Shown piece after piece: positions 18,709 to 28,303 of a stretch of DNA of 64,000 nucleotides (its first letter is position 1; every line of letters begins with the position of its first letter). Position numbers and translations under genes: made by a program. The stretch lies in assembly GCA_001781105.1 (NCBI GenBank), contig MFKV01000028.1, positions 10,428 through 74,427 of the forward strand. The letters run 5' to 3'. The DNA is from Candidatus Kaiserbacteria bacterium RIFCSPHIGHO2_01_FULL_54_36 (GTDB taxonomy: Bacteria; Patescibacteriota; Minisyncoccia; Phycocordibacterales; UBA2100). The notes below the pieces were generated by a model. The model did not search any database. It was not told the origin of the DNA and saw nothing but the letters and a program-made list of their open reading frames with translations.

Positions 18709-20921
18709 GTATCTTTAATTCCCTTGGTTCAAATCACACTTTCTTCTCCGCGATCCGGATGCTCTTTACCGCAGGCGGCGCATCAGCGCCCAATAGTTTG
18801 CGTACGTATCTCGAGAAGCGGTATGGCGGGCGCGCGATCCTCACTTACAAGGGCCGTGAAGCCCTGGGCCTCGCATTCACATCCTTGCCGGCAGTTGGGG
18901 GGTCGATCGCGATCAATGGATTTACCTGCTGGGCTGTATTCGAGGCGCTCCATGCGAGCGGCTACAAAACTCATTATTTAGATATTTCAGACCACTCGCT
19001 GCACTTCTCTGCCGATGCGCTCAACGACGCGCTTACAGAAGATCAGTCTATTCGTGCGGTCGTGATCCAGAACACGCTTGGCATTCCATGCGACATCGAG
19101 CCGATCGCCGCTCTGTGCCGAGAACACAATATTGCACTTATTGAAGACCTCGCACACTCGATCGGCACCCAATATGCTTCGGGCCAAGAAGCAGGCACTG
19201 TGGGCGATCTCGTCGTGCTCTCATTTAGCCAAGACAAGGTTATCGACGCGGTCTCAGGTGGCGCACTTATCATACGCAACGAAAAATATGCCAAGCACCC
19301 CACGCTCACCCCAAAAAGAGTTGGCCTCGTTCATCAGATCAAAGACCGATTGTACCCTCTGTTTACCTGCATCATTAGGCAAAGCTATACATTCGGGCTT
19401 GGCGGCATCATCCACCAAATACTTCGCTCGCTCAATATGCTCTCGCGTCCGCTTTCCGATACTGAAACAAGCGAGCTGCATGGGCTTCCGGGATGGTATT
19501 GCGCCGTTATTCACGAAAAATATGTGGCGCTCGAAGCTGCTGCGAAACACCGACAGAAAATTGCGCAAGTATATACCGAGATGATCGATGCGAGGGTGCA
19601 GTTTCCCCGCCACGCGGCACCCGAGCATTCCGCAAACCTGCGATTTCCGCTTGTTCTTAATGGCCGCGATCTTCTCATCCAGCACCTAAAGAATAACGAT
19701 GTACACGTGGGCGATATTTGGTACGACGCGCCGGTGGGGCCGCAGCGCTTCCTGTATCGTACTGATTACTCTGGAGAGTGTCCGCGATCCGAAGATGTTG
19801 CAAGTAAGATCGTAAACCTGCCGACTCATATCAACGTATCTCCAGCGCAAGCACACATGATCGCAAGGGCGGTCAATGAGTGGTTAGCAGAACAATCTGG
19901 CGATGGATACAGCATACGGACGATCTCGCAAGAAGTTGTGTGGGAAGACTTTATGCGTGCAATGAAGCCGCACAGCTTTTTGCACTCATGGAAATGGGGC
20001 GAGCATTTCGAAAAAACTGGATCCAAGATCTTCCGTGTTGGTATCTACCACGGACACTCGCTCGCGGGTGTAGCACTACTCATTAAGGTAGCCGCTCGCC
20101 GCGGATTGTTCTTGCTCTGTCCTCACGGCCCATTGGTGGCCGAATCCGAAAATGAGGAAGAGGTCTTGCGGATGCTCGCTGCACATTGCACGCGCATCGC
20201 CGCGGACGAGCGATGCGATTTCATCCGCTTCTGCCCTCTCTTGCAAAGGAGCGCTGAACATAGCGCGATGTACCGACGCTTGGGCTTCAGTGACGCTCCG
20301 ATCCACATGCATCCTGAGATCTCATGGATGCTCGATATTACGAAATCCGAAGACGAGCTTTTGATGGGCATGCGCAAGACGACCCGGTACTTGATCAAGA
20401 AAATGGAGAAGGAAGGTGTCGTGATAACGACAAGCAAGGATCCTGCAGATATGGAGCACTTCTCGCGTATATATGAGGCAACCGTGGAGCGCCAGCAATT
20501 CACTCCCTTTAGTAAGAGCTACCTGCGGACCGAGTTCGAATTGTATGTAAAAGATGATCAAGCTCTTTTCTTTTTCGGCAAGCAGAAAGGCGTGCTCGTT
20601 GCAGCAGCAATCATTATTTTTTATAATGGTCAGGCGTTTTATCACCATTCTGGGTCGCTCTCGTCCGGCTCCAATGTCTCATACCTCCTACAGTGGCGAG
20701 TCATTCAGGAAGCGAAGCGCCGCGGATGCACGCTCTACAACTTCTGGGGCGTAGCGCCGGAACATAACTCTCGCCATGCATGGACTGGGCTTTCGCGTTT
20801 CAAGCGCGGATTCGGGGGATTTGCCGAACACTATCTGCATGCGCAAGACAAGGCTCTCACTGCGCGATACTTGCTCAATTATGTTATAGAAACGGTCCGC
20901 CGTATTCGGCGACACCTCTAA
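18705..20921 (+). CDS. Fusion: DegT/DnrJ/EryC1/StrS PLP aminotransferase + FemAB/FemX-type tRNA-dependent peptidyltransferase
   Basis: N-half: IEDLAHS, SFSQDK (PLP Lys), LPTH; C-half: FLHSWKWG, MRKTTRYLI, YNFWGV, GLSRFKRGFGG. Confidence 0.85.
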   Translation: MSIFNSLGSNHTFFSAIRMLFTAGGASAPNSLRTYLEKRYGGRAILTYKGREALGLAFTSLPAVGGSIAINGFTCWAVFEALHASGYKTHYLDISDHSLHFSADALNDALTEDQSIRAVVIQNTLGIPCDIEPIAALCREHNIALIEDLAHSIGTQYASGQEAGTVGDLVVLSFSQDKVIDAVSGGALIIRNEKYAKHPTLTPKRVGLVHQIKDRLYPLFTCIIRQSYTFGLGGIIHQILRSLNMLSRPLSDTETSELHGLPGWYCAVIHEKYVALEAAAKHRQKIAQVYTEMIDARVQFPRHAAPEHSANLRFPLVLNGRDLLIQHLKNNDVHVGDIWYDAPVGPQRFLYRTDYSGECPRSEDVASKIVNLPTHINVSPAQAHMIARAVNEWLAEQSGDGYSIRTISQEVVWEDFMRAMKPHSFLHSWKWGEHFEKTGSKIFRVGIYHGHSLAGVALLIKVAARRGLFLLCPHGPLVAESENEEEVLRMLAAHCTRIAADERCDFIRFCPLLQRSAEHSAMYRRLGFSDAPIHMHPEISWMLDITKSEDELLMGMRKTTRYLIKKMEKEGVVITTSKDPADMEHFSRIYEATVERQQFTPFSKSYLRTEFELYVKDDQALFFFGKQKGVLVAAAIIIFYNGQAFYHHSGSLSSGSNVSYLLQWRVIQEAKRRGCTLYNFWGVAPEHNSRHAWTGLSRFKRGFGGFAEHYLHAQDKALTARYLLNYVIETVRRIRRHL

Positions 20922-21586
20922 CGAACCTTTGGCCACCTGTTGGCGGCCTCGGGCCAAAGCTTGGTAAGCGGATGCGTGATGCAATCGGTGTGCGGGCGGG
21001 CGGGGCAAATATAGCGACCGTGGAGTACGAGGCCATTGTTGACGTATTTCCAGTCTCTTTTTGGAATCAACGATTCCAGGTCTTTCGAGATCTTCGTAAG
21101 GTCCTCATTGTCAGTAAGGTCGAAGCGCTTGGCGAAGCGCTTCACATGCGTGTCCGTCGGTATTCCCTCCCAGATATTATAGAGCTCGCCAAGGACGACG
21201 TTGGCAGTCTTGTAGCCGACACCCGGAAGCGTTTGTAATTCACTGATAGTGCACGGCACACAGCCGCCGAAATCTTGTACGACTTTTTTTGCGGCCGCAA
21301 CGATGTGCTTTGCTTTGTTGCGAAAAAACGTGATGGCCGATATTTCTTTGGTGAATGTCTCGAGGTTTGCCCGTGCAAAATCCTTCGGCGTCTTATATTT
21401 CGTGAAGAGGTGCGCGTCGGTCACGCGATTCACTACCTTGTCGGTACACTGCGCCGACATGACGACCGCAACGACGAATTGGAAGGGCGTCTTATACGTG
21501 AGCTCGCTTTTGGGTTTGGGATACTCTTTTTTGAGATAGGCAACAATTTTTAGTGCTCGAGCGCGCCTTTGTCCTTCTTTGCCCAT
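20918..21586 (-). CDS. nth: Endonuclease III
   Basis: MSAQCTD, FRNKAK, LPGVGYKTANV, TDTHVKR motifs. Confidence 0.92.
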   Translation of the reverse strand: MGKEGQRRARALKIVAYLKKEYPKPKSELTYKTPFQFVVAVVMSAQCTDKVVNRVTDAHLFTKYKTPKDFARANLETFTKEISAITFFRNKAKHIVAAAKKVVQDFGGCVPCTISELQTLPGVGYKTANVVLGELYNIWEGIPTDTHVKRFAKRFDLTDNEDLTKISKDLESLIPKRDWKYVNNGLVLHGRYICPARPHTDCITHPLTKLWPEAANRWPKVR

Positions 21587-21588
21587 GT

Positions 21589-21921
21589 TTATTCCTCTAT
21601 TTCGGTTTTTGCCTTCAAGTATGCCTCAAGGAGCGCAGTTCGGGTTTTAATTGCCCCTTTTAAAATGTCGTTCACTTCTTCCTGATCGGGCTTTACCTGC
21701 GCCTGCAGGCGCAATATGTCTTCGTGTACTTCACCCGCCTCTATAACGCGATGCCCTAGCTCAACAAGCGCGTCATGTACTTCCTGTATGATCGGCTCAT
21801 GCGAGGCCATCAATTCTTGCGCTTCGCTAATTGCGATCTCTAGATCGCTTCTAACCTTTTCAATACGAGGGGCGCTCCACACCTCTCGGGGTCCGGTAAA
21901 ATTATCAGGGCTATTGCCCAT
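21589..21921 (-). CDS. Hypothetical helical protein
   Basis: 110 aa packed 1-2 nt from neighbours on the same strand. Confidence 0.65.
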   Translation of the reverse strand: MGNSPDNFTGPREVWSAPRIEKVRSDLEIAISEAQELMASHEPIIQEVHDALVELGHRVIEAGEVHEDILRLQAQVKPDQEEVNDILKGAIKTRTALLEAYLKAKTEIEE

Positions 21922-21922
21922 A

Positions 21923-22393
21923 CTATTGGATCACAATAGGAATCGAAACAGAATCGTCGTTCTCGGGCATTCCCGATGGATTGTCCCGCAAAAGCACTAC
22001 CGTCGCCGGACCGGAATAATTCTCGATAGTGATCACCGACGTAAATGTGACTTGCTCTGTGGTCATCCACTCTCCTTGCGCCTGTGCAATGCCGTTGCCG
22101 ATGAAATCATTGTCGCCATCGACGATCTTGATCGGGAACGATGCTTCAAAGAACCACGGTCCGGGTGCGCTTCCTGAAACGACTAACGTCTTCCCGACTG
22201 TTGCATTGGCCTTTGGAGAAGTGACTATGACGCGAGCAGACAGTGGCTGATCGGGATCGGGTGTAGTGGTCGGGGATGTTGATGTGGCAGTCGGTGCCTC
22301 GACTGGTGATGGTACGGCAAAGAGCACCCACGCAAGGGCAATGATTACTGCAGTGAGAAGCAGTATGATACCCCACCATCCGCGCGTGCTCAT
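21923..22393 (-). CDS. Gmad2 immunoglobulin-like domain protein
   Basis: TM anchor; GSAPGPWFFEASFP and DNPSG motifs; start reassigned to MSTRGWW. Confidence 0.8.
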   Translation of the reverse strand: MSTRGWWGIILLLTAVIIALAWVLFAVPSPVEAPTATSTSPTTTPDPDQPLSARVIVTSPKANATVGKTLVVSGSAPGPWFFEASFPIKIVDGDNDFIGNGIAQAQGEWMTTEQVTFTSVITIENYSGPATVVLLRDNPSGMPENDDSVSIPIVIQ

Positions 22394-22403
22394 ACGGTAT
22401 AGT

Positions 22404-23360
22404 CTACAACTCTGAGATGATCTTCGCAATTTTCTCAGAATCGTGCCGAGCGATGTCGGCTTCAAAGAAAAAGTCGCCAGTAATAACGTGTTCTGCACAG
22501 TCCTTCAGCGCCGAGTCGCAGAGCATCGGATATTTCTTTTCTTTTTCGTAGGATGCAAGGAGTGCCTTGGGGATGGCTTGAGTATTGCAGATGACATGAT
22601 CAAACTTCTCAAGACCACTGTAGATTAGAAGCTCTTTCATCATGTCAGAGCACGAAAAGCCATGAGTTTCTCCCCACTTGGTCATCAAATTACACACCGC
22701 GATCTTCTTTCCTTTGCTTTCTCGCAGCGCTTCCCTCATGCCTTCGACGCACAGTGTCGGAATGAGCGAAGAGTAGAGATCGCCGGGGCCTATAACGATC
22801 AGATCGGCAGCGCGAATGGCGCTTTCAGTTTCCTCATAGATGCGCGCGGGCGGATCGAGGAAGACTTTTTTGATGCGAAGAGTCGCATCATGTTTAGGGA
22901 TATCGATATTCGTCTCTCCCACGATCTCCGTGCCATCTTCGAGGATCGCATGTACGTGCGATTTATCAAGCGACACCGGCAATACCGTGCCTTTGATGTT
23001 GAGGAGCTCCGAAGCTTTGCGTATACCTTCTATCTCGCCTCCGTAGATGGAAGAAAGTGCTGCAAGAAAGAGGTTGCCAAAACTGTGCCCGTGCAAAGTG
23101 CTTCCACCGTTGTTGAATCGGTAGTTGAAAAGTTCACGCAAGATCTCCGCTTGGCCCTCGTCTGCAAGCGCCAAGAGGCCGCGGCGCACATCTCCTGGCG
23201 GCAAAATACCGAATTCGTCACGCAGCACTCCTGCGGATCCGCCGGAATCGAATGAAGTAAAAACGGCCGTGATATCGAGGGGGAACTCTTTAAGCCCGCG
23301 CAAGAGGGTGTAGCCGCCACTTCCCCCTCCGATGCGTACGATCCTTTTCATGCGCGTCAT
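22404..23360 (-). CDS. yvcK: YvcK/GlmR (UPF0052) family protein
   Basis: IGGGSG, DSGGSAG, PPGDVR, GHSFGNL, IGPGDLYSS, RHD motifs. Confidence 0.9.
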   Translation of the reverse strand: MTRMKRIVRIGGGSGGYTLLRGLKEFPLDITAVFTSFDSGGSAGVLRDEFGILPPGDVRRGLLALADEGQAEILRELFNYRFNNGGSTLHGHSFGNLFLAALSSIYGGEIEGIRKASELLNIKGTVLPVSLDKSHVHAILEDGTEIVGETNIDIPKHDATLRIKKVFLDPPARIYEETESAIRAADLIVIGPGDLYSSLIPTLCVEGMREALRESKGKKIAVCNLMTKWGETHGFSCSDMMKELLIYSGLEKFDHVICNTQAIPKALLASYEKEKKYPMLCDSALKDCAEHVITGDFFFEADIARHDSEKIAKIISEL

Positions 23361-23376
23361 TATCGAACAACTTTAT

Positions 23377-23476
23377 ACCCCGTGAGATATTCGCGCAATG
23401 TAATCGCTGTACAAGCTTTCATTTTTGAAATCCAAATGAAGTCGCATACCAATTTTGTGCTCTTATCTCATGGGGT
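23377..23476. mobile_element. MITE-like element, ACCCCRTKAGAWA inverted-repeat family (100 bp)
   Basis: ACCCCGTGAGATA (23377-89) ... TATCTCATGGGGT (23464-76). Confidence 0.65.
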
Positions 23477-24045
23477 TATACCCGCACACCAAATTTTGCT
23501 AGCTCCTTCTTCACCGCCGCAAGCGGCAAGCCAGCCACATTATTGGAATCCCCCACGATGCTTGCTATCAGCTTCTCGCCTTTCCCTTGGATAGCATATC
23601 CGCCAGCATTTTTCAGCGACTCTCCTGTTCTCACGTACGCTACGATCTCGGTCGGTGAGAGTTTCCGCATTTTCACGCGGGTGGCGACCGTCTTCGTGAA
23701 CGTTCGGCCCGTTTTTGAATCGACGATCGCAAATCCGGTAATGAGCGTATGAGTTTTACCACTTAATGCAGTCAACATCTGTATGGCGCGCGCTTTGCCA
23801 TGCGGCTTGCCCAGCAGTTTGCCGCGAAATACCGCAAACGTGTCTGCTCCGAGAACGACGGCGTCTTGATGCTGCTTCGCGACCATGAGTGCTTTCCCCA
23901 GCGCCAAGTGCCTTGCAAGCGCGGGAGGCGGGAGCGGCAAGCCCATGTGTTCCTCATACCCGCTTTCCTGTACCTCAAACTCGATGCCGCTCTTTGCAAG
24001 GATCTTCTTGCGCCAGGGCGAGGCAGAGGCGAGGATGAGTTTCAT
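23476..24045 (-). CDS. maf: Maf-like nucleoside triphosphate pyrophosphatase
   Basis: ILASASP, GADT, LGKP, AGGYAIQG, NVAGLP motifs. Confidence 0.93.
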   Translation of the reverse strand: MKLILASASPWRKKILAKSGIEFEVQESGYEEHMGLPLPPPALARHLALGKALMVAKQHQDAVVLGADTFAVFRGKLLGKPHGKARAIQMLTALSGKTHTLITGFAIVDSKTGRTFTKTVATRVKMRKLSPTEIVAYVRTGESLKNAGGYAIQGKGEKLIASIVGDSNNVAGLPLAAVKKELAKFGVRV

Positions 24046-24105
24046 TTGCGCACACTATTGCACACTGCCGCTTATACTGCTAGCATTGCCCTACACACCC
24101 CATAC

Positions 24106-24227
24106 GTATCAAGAGTGCGGTGAGAGTTCTGGCTCTACGACCCGCCGGCAACTTGCTCGAGAATGTTGAAGAAGCCCTTCGACAAGCTCAGGGTAAAGTG
24201 CCCCATCCAGCCCTCACGGGAAGATGC
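24106..24227 (+). promoter_or_regulatory. SAM-I (S-box) riboswitch
   Basis: TATCAAGAG...GAGAGTTCTGGCTC...CGGCAAC...GTGCC..TCC...GAAGATG consensus; P1 GTATC/GATGC; upstream of metK; TATACT at 24073-78; hairpin ATCTCCCT-AC-AGGGAGAT at 24241-58. Confidence 0.85.
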
Positions 24228-24279
24228 TTTTGTCGAAAGAATCTCCCTACAGGGAGATGTTTCGTTAGTGGGTGTTTGT

Positions 24280-24320
24280 ATTTACTACTTACTACGTTCT
24301 ACTTACTACTAACTATTCTA
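24280..24320 (+). repeat. Degenerate heptamer tandem repeat (CTACTTA/CTACGTT/CTACTAA)
   Basis: About 5 imperfect units directly before the metK ATG. Confidence 0.5.
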
Positions 24321-24321
24321 T

Positions 24322-25374
24322 ATGTTCCACTCATTAGAGAGATACACGGTAGAGAGCGTTACTTCAGGCCACCCCGACAAAGTCTGCGATCAGATATCCG
24401 ATGCGATACTCGATGCGTGCCTTAAACAAGACAGGTACAGCCGTGTTGCCGTAGAGAGTTTCGGCAGCCACGGCACCCTCATACTCGGCGGCGAGGTGAA
24501 GACCAGGGCAAAAGTCGATTTTGAAAGAATAGCGCGCAAGGTATACCGCGACATCGGATACACAGATACTTTGAAAGTACTTAATACGATTGCAAAGCAG
24601 TCGCCGGATATTGCAATGGGCGTTGATACGGGCGGCGCTGGCGATCAGGGAATCATGTACGGATACGCGACCAACGAGACAAAGGAAATGCTTCCGCTTG
24701 GTGTCGTCCTCTGTCACGCGCTCGCGCGAAGGCTCGAGAAGCTTCGGCGAGACAAAACTCTCAAATGGCTCAAGCCCGACGGCAAGACGCAAGTGACGAT
24801 CAGCAATGGCAAGGTCATCACTGCGCTCTGCTCGACACAGCACGATAAGAAAGTTTCTCAAGAAGAAATACGAAAACAGCTCATCAAGCATCTCTTTACA
24901 CCAATCTTGGGTAATCTGAAAAACATTGAAATACTCGTCAACCCGACAGGACAATTCATACTCGGCGGTTTTACCGCCGACGCCGGCTTGACCGGCCGCA
25001 AGATAATGGTGGATACCTACGGCGGGGTCATGCCGCATGGCGGCGGTGCATTCTCGGGCAAGGATGCTACGAAGGTAGACCGCTCGGCTGCGTACATGTG
25101 CCGTTTTGTTGCGAAAAATCTGGTGGCCAATGGCTATGCGAAAAAAGCGCTCGTATCGGTTGCCTACGCGATCGGTCGCGTAGAGCCAGTCATGATCGAA
25201 GCCTTCGATGAAAAAGGCAAAAACCTCACAAAGATCGTAAACGAACATTTCGATTTTCGTCCGCGCGCGATCATCAAGCGCCTCGGGCTCAATCGTCCGA
25301 TCTTTCAGGCAACCGCAGCCTACGGCCACTTCGGCGTCGCCGGCAGGCCGTGGGAGAAGATCGTTAAGATCTAA
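24322..25374 (+). CDS. metK: S-adenosylmethionine synthetase
   Basis: ESVTSGHPDK, GAGDQG, PDGK, GLTGRK, GGGAFSGKD motifs. Confidence 0.98.
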   Translation: MFHSLERYTVESVTSGHPDKVCDQISDAILDACLKQDRYSRVAVESFGSHGTLILGGEVKTRAKVDFERIARKVYRDIGYTDTLKVLNTIAKQSPDIAMGVDTGGAGDQGIMYGYATNETKEMLPLGVVLCHALARRLEKLRRDKTLKWLKPDGKTQVTISNGKVITALCSTQHDKKVSQEEIRKQLIKHLFTPILGNLKNIEILVNPTGQFILGGFTADAGLTGRKIMVDTYGGVMPHGGGAFSGKDATKVDRSAAYMCRFVAKNLVANGYAKKALVSVAYAIGRVEPVMIEAFDEKGKNLTKIVNEHFDFRPRAIIKRLGLNRPIFQATAAYGHFGVAGRPWEKIVKI

Positions 25375-27216
25375 CTATTCGACAGTAACGGATTTTGCGA
25401 GGTTGCGCGGGCGATCCACGTTGAGACCCTTTTCTTTCGCGAAATAGTACGCGAAAAGCTGCAAGGGCACGATGTTGAGAATGGGAGCGAGCATTTCAAG
25501 CGTACTCGGGACAAACAACACATCATTCACAAGCTTTCCGATCTCTGTGTCTCCTTCGGTCGCAAGCGCAATGACAGGGCCTTTGCGTGCCTTTATTTCG
25601 TGAATGTTGGATACATTCTTTTCATACACGCTGTCTTGGGGCACGATCGCGAATGTTGGAAAGTGCTCGTCTATCATCGCGATGGGGCCATGCTTCATCT
25701 CCCCGGCTCCATATCCTTCCGCGTGGATATATGAAATTTCTTTCAATTTCAGTGCGCCTTCGAATGCTACGGGATAGTTGTACTTGCGCCCGATAAAAAT
25801 AAAGTCCCGCACTCCCGCGTACTTCTTCGCAATTTTCTCAATCTTCTGTTTCGTGTCGAGTATGTGCTGTACTTTATTCGGCAATTCTTTGAGCGCGAGC
25901 GCGATTTCCTTAGCGGTCTTCTCCGACATCCCGCCCTGGCCGGGCAGGCGCTGCCGCCCTAGGAATATCGTAAGGAGCACCAGCGCGGCGAGCTCTGAAA
26001 TAAGTGCTTTCGTAGAGGCGACGCTTACTTCCGGCCCTGCGTGATTGTAGACTCCGGCATCGGTCTCACGAGCAATCGTACTACCGACGGCGTTGACGAT
26101 ACCGAGCGTGAGCGCGCCTCTGCGTTTCCCTTCTCGTACCGCTTCGAGCGTATCGAGAGTCTCTCCTGATTGTGAGATAGCGATGAGGGCAGTCCTTTGA
26201 TTCAAAACGGGAGAGCGATAGCGAAATTCGCTCGCATGCTCTACCTCGACTGGAATACCTGCGAATTCCTCGAGCATGTACTCACCGATGAGACCGGCGA
26301 TATGGGCCGATCCGCACGCCACAATGATGATGCGTTCTATCTGTGCGAGTTCTGTGGCGACACTTTCAAGCCCTCCGAGTTTCACCATTCCTTTCTCGGC
26401 AATTAATCGCCCGCGAAGGGTATTTTCGATCACATCTGGACCCTCCATTATTTCCTTGAGCATGAAGTGCTCATAGCCACCCTTTTGTGCTTCCTCGGCA
26501 TTCCAATCGATCTCGGTAGCGATGCGATTCACTTTCGTCGCATCAAGCTTGGTGATGCTGTGGCCATCGGGTGTAATGATAGCGACCTCGCCATCTTCGA
26601 GAAAAACCACCTTTTTCGTATGCGGCAAGATCGGCGAAGGGTCCGACGCGATAAAATGTTCGCCATCGCCAAGACCGAGCACTATTGGGCTGCCCATACG
26701 CGCGGCGATTATTTTGTCAGGCTCGCCCTTGTACTGAAGCGCGATTCCATAGGTGCCGCGCACTTCGTTGAGCGCCATGAGCGCGGCTTTTTCAAAATCC
26801 TTGGTTTTCTTTAAGTGCTCCTCCACAAGGTGCGGGAGAACTTCTGTATCGGAGTCAGATAGAAACGTATGTCCTTGGACGACCAGCTTTGCCTTCAATT
26901 CTTTGAAATTCTCGATAATACCGTTGTGCACGACCCATATTTCGCCATCGCCGCTTGCATGCGGGTGCGCGTTCTTCTCCGTAGGCTCGCCGTGCGTTGC
27001 CCAGCGTAGATGCGCGATGCCACTTTTGCCGGTAAAGCTTGCTGGCATTTTCTTGCGCAGTTCTGCGACCGCCCCCGGAGTTTTAATACTGCCGGATTCC
27101 GGTGTATAGATGCCGGCTGAATCGTAGCCGCGATACTCGAGCGAGAGCAGTCCATCGAGAAGAACGCCCCCGGCGTCTTTCCCGTTTTTTCCTGTATAGG
27201 CAAAAATGCCACACAT
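25375..27216 (-). CDS. glmS: Glutamine--fructose-6-phosphate transaminase
   Basis: MCGI N-terminus, RWATHG, SQSGET, PRNLAKSVTVE C-terminus. Confidence 0.98.
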   Translation of the reverse strand: MCGIFAYTGKNGKDAGGVLLDGLLSLEYRGYDSAGIYTPESGSIKTPGAVAELRKKMPASFTGKSGIAHLRWATHGEPTEKNAHPHASGDGEIWVVHNGIIENFKELKAKLVVQGHTFLSDSDTEVLPHLVEEHLKKTKDFEKAALMALNEVRGTYGIALQYKGEPDKIIAARMGSPIVLGLGDGEHFIASDPSPILPHTKKVVFLEDGEVAIITPDGHSITKLDATKVNRIATEIDWNAEEAQKGGYEHFMLKEIMEGPDVIENTLRGRLIAEKGMVKLGGLESVATELAQIERIIIVACGSAHIAGLIGEYMLEEFAGIPVEVEHASEFRYRSPVLNQRTALIAISQSGETLDTLEAVREGKRRGALTLGIVNAVGSTIARETDAGVYNHAGPEVSVASTKALISELAALVLLTIFLGRQRLPGQGGMSEKTAKEIALALKELPNKVQHILDTKQKIEKIAKKYAGVRDFIFIGRKYNYPVAFEGALKLKEISYIHAEGYGAGEMKHGPIAMIDEHFPTFAIVPQDSVYEKNVSNIHEIKARKGPVIALATEGDTEIGKLVNDVLFVPSTLEMLAPILNIVPLQLFAYYFAKEKGLNVDRPRNLAKSVTVE

Positions 27217-27226
27217 CGGGCCACTT

Positions 27227-27291
27227 TATCACGCCTAGCGAGGATTCGAAATGCAAGCTTGTTTGCATTTCGTCCGAGCGACGGCGCGATA
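27227..27291. repeat. Long imperfect hairpin in the glmS leader
   Basis: TATCACGCC...CGAAATGCAA-GCTTGT-TTGCATTTCG...GGCGCGATA. Confidence 0.5.
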
Positions 27292-27322
27292 CGATACCTA
27301 GTAGCACGTTTGCCCCGAAAAA

Positions 27323-28303
27323 TTAACGGAGCAAAATGTCTGCGATGTTCGCACGAAATCGATTGATCGCAGAGTTCGCCAACGCTGCGTCTGGCGGGCG
27401 CTTGGGGTACGTGCGGTTGGAAAGAATGGCAAATGCGACACCTCGCTCCACATCAACAACAACCGACGTGCCGGTGAATCCTGTTTTGCCGAATGTGTGC
27501 GGTCTATTCATGAGCTCCCAGCCCCAGCCTTTTTGTGCACCTTCCGCAATTGCTGGCAGCTCGCCTTGCAAGACGCGCTCAAGAAAATTCAGGAGGTCGG
27601 GCGCGGTAGAGAAAAGCCCGGCGTGCCCGCATGCACGATCGCTCTTTGCAAAAATGTACGCGCTCTCATCATGCGGGAATCCACACACTTCGCCGCGCCA
27701 CTCGTCGATCTCCGTAGGCGCGATCTCATCTTTCTTATCAGGAAGGTCGCGAAATGGAAAGAATGTCGTTCGCTGCATCTGAAGTGGTCCGAAAAAATAC
27801 TTTCTAGCGAGGCTCTCAAGCGGCTGATCGGCAGCCCGCTCAATGGCAAGCCCAAGGAGAAGCGCCGGGAGGTTCGTATAGTTCGATTCGCCCGAAGGCG
27901 CGTCGAACCCACGTTCAAAAATGTGCTCCAAGATCCCCTCGGCAGTTTTATCTTTCAGGGTCGAAAGTTTGGGTCCGCGGACGCGGTAGGTCAGCAGGTC
28001 TTCGATGGTCGCCTGGTGATCGTTCTTAAGTTCGGGCAGGTACTCCACTATGCGGTCTGTGGCTCGCAGCTTCCCTTCCGCGATGAGGGCGAGCGCGAGC
28101 GATGCGGTGGGAATGGATTTGGTGATAGAAGCGAGGTCGTAAATGGTGTCCTCCCTGACGGCCGCTGAATTCGGCTCATAGGTAAAATTCCCGAATGCCA
28201 AAATCTCTTTGGTCTTATTCGGGCGAATAAGTCCTATAACACACCCCGGAAACACCTTCTCCGAGATGGCTCTTTCTGTTCGGACGGTTATTTCGCTATG
28301 CAT
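27323..28303 (-). CDS. Serine hydrolase, beta-lactamase class C/PBP-like family
   Basis: DLASITK (SxxK), YTN, GHAGLFST, GKTGFTG motifs. Confidence 0.88.
   Translation of the reverse strand: MHSEITVRTERAISEKVFPGCVIGLIRPNKTKEILAFGNFTYEPNSAAVREDTIYDLASITKSIPTASLALALIAEGKLRATDRIVEYLPELKNDHQATIEDLLTYRVRGPKLSTLKDKTAEGILEHIFERGFDAPSGESNYTNLPALLLGLAIERAADQPLESLARKYFFGPLQMQRTTFFPFRDLPDKKDEIAPTEIDEWRGEVCGFPHDESAYIFAKSDRACGHAGLFSTAPDLLNFLERVLQGELPAIAEGAQKGWGWELMNRPHTFGKTGFTGTSVVVDVERGVAFAILSNRTYPKRPPDAALANSAINRFRANIADILLR

Noticed and set aside
27217-27322. glmS ribozyme in the glmS leader
   Set aside because: No AGCGCC/GACGAGG core; the gap is only ~105 nt and is a simple long hairpin.
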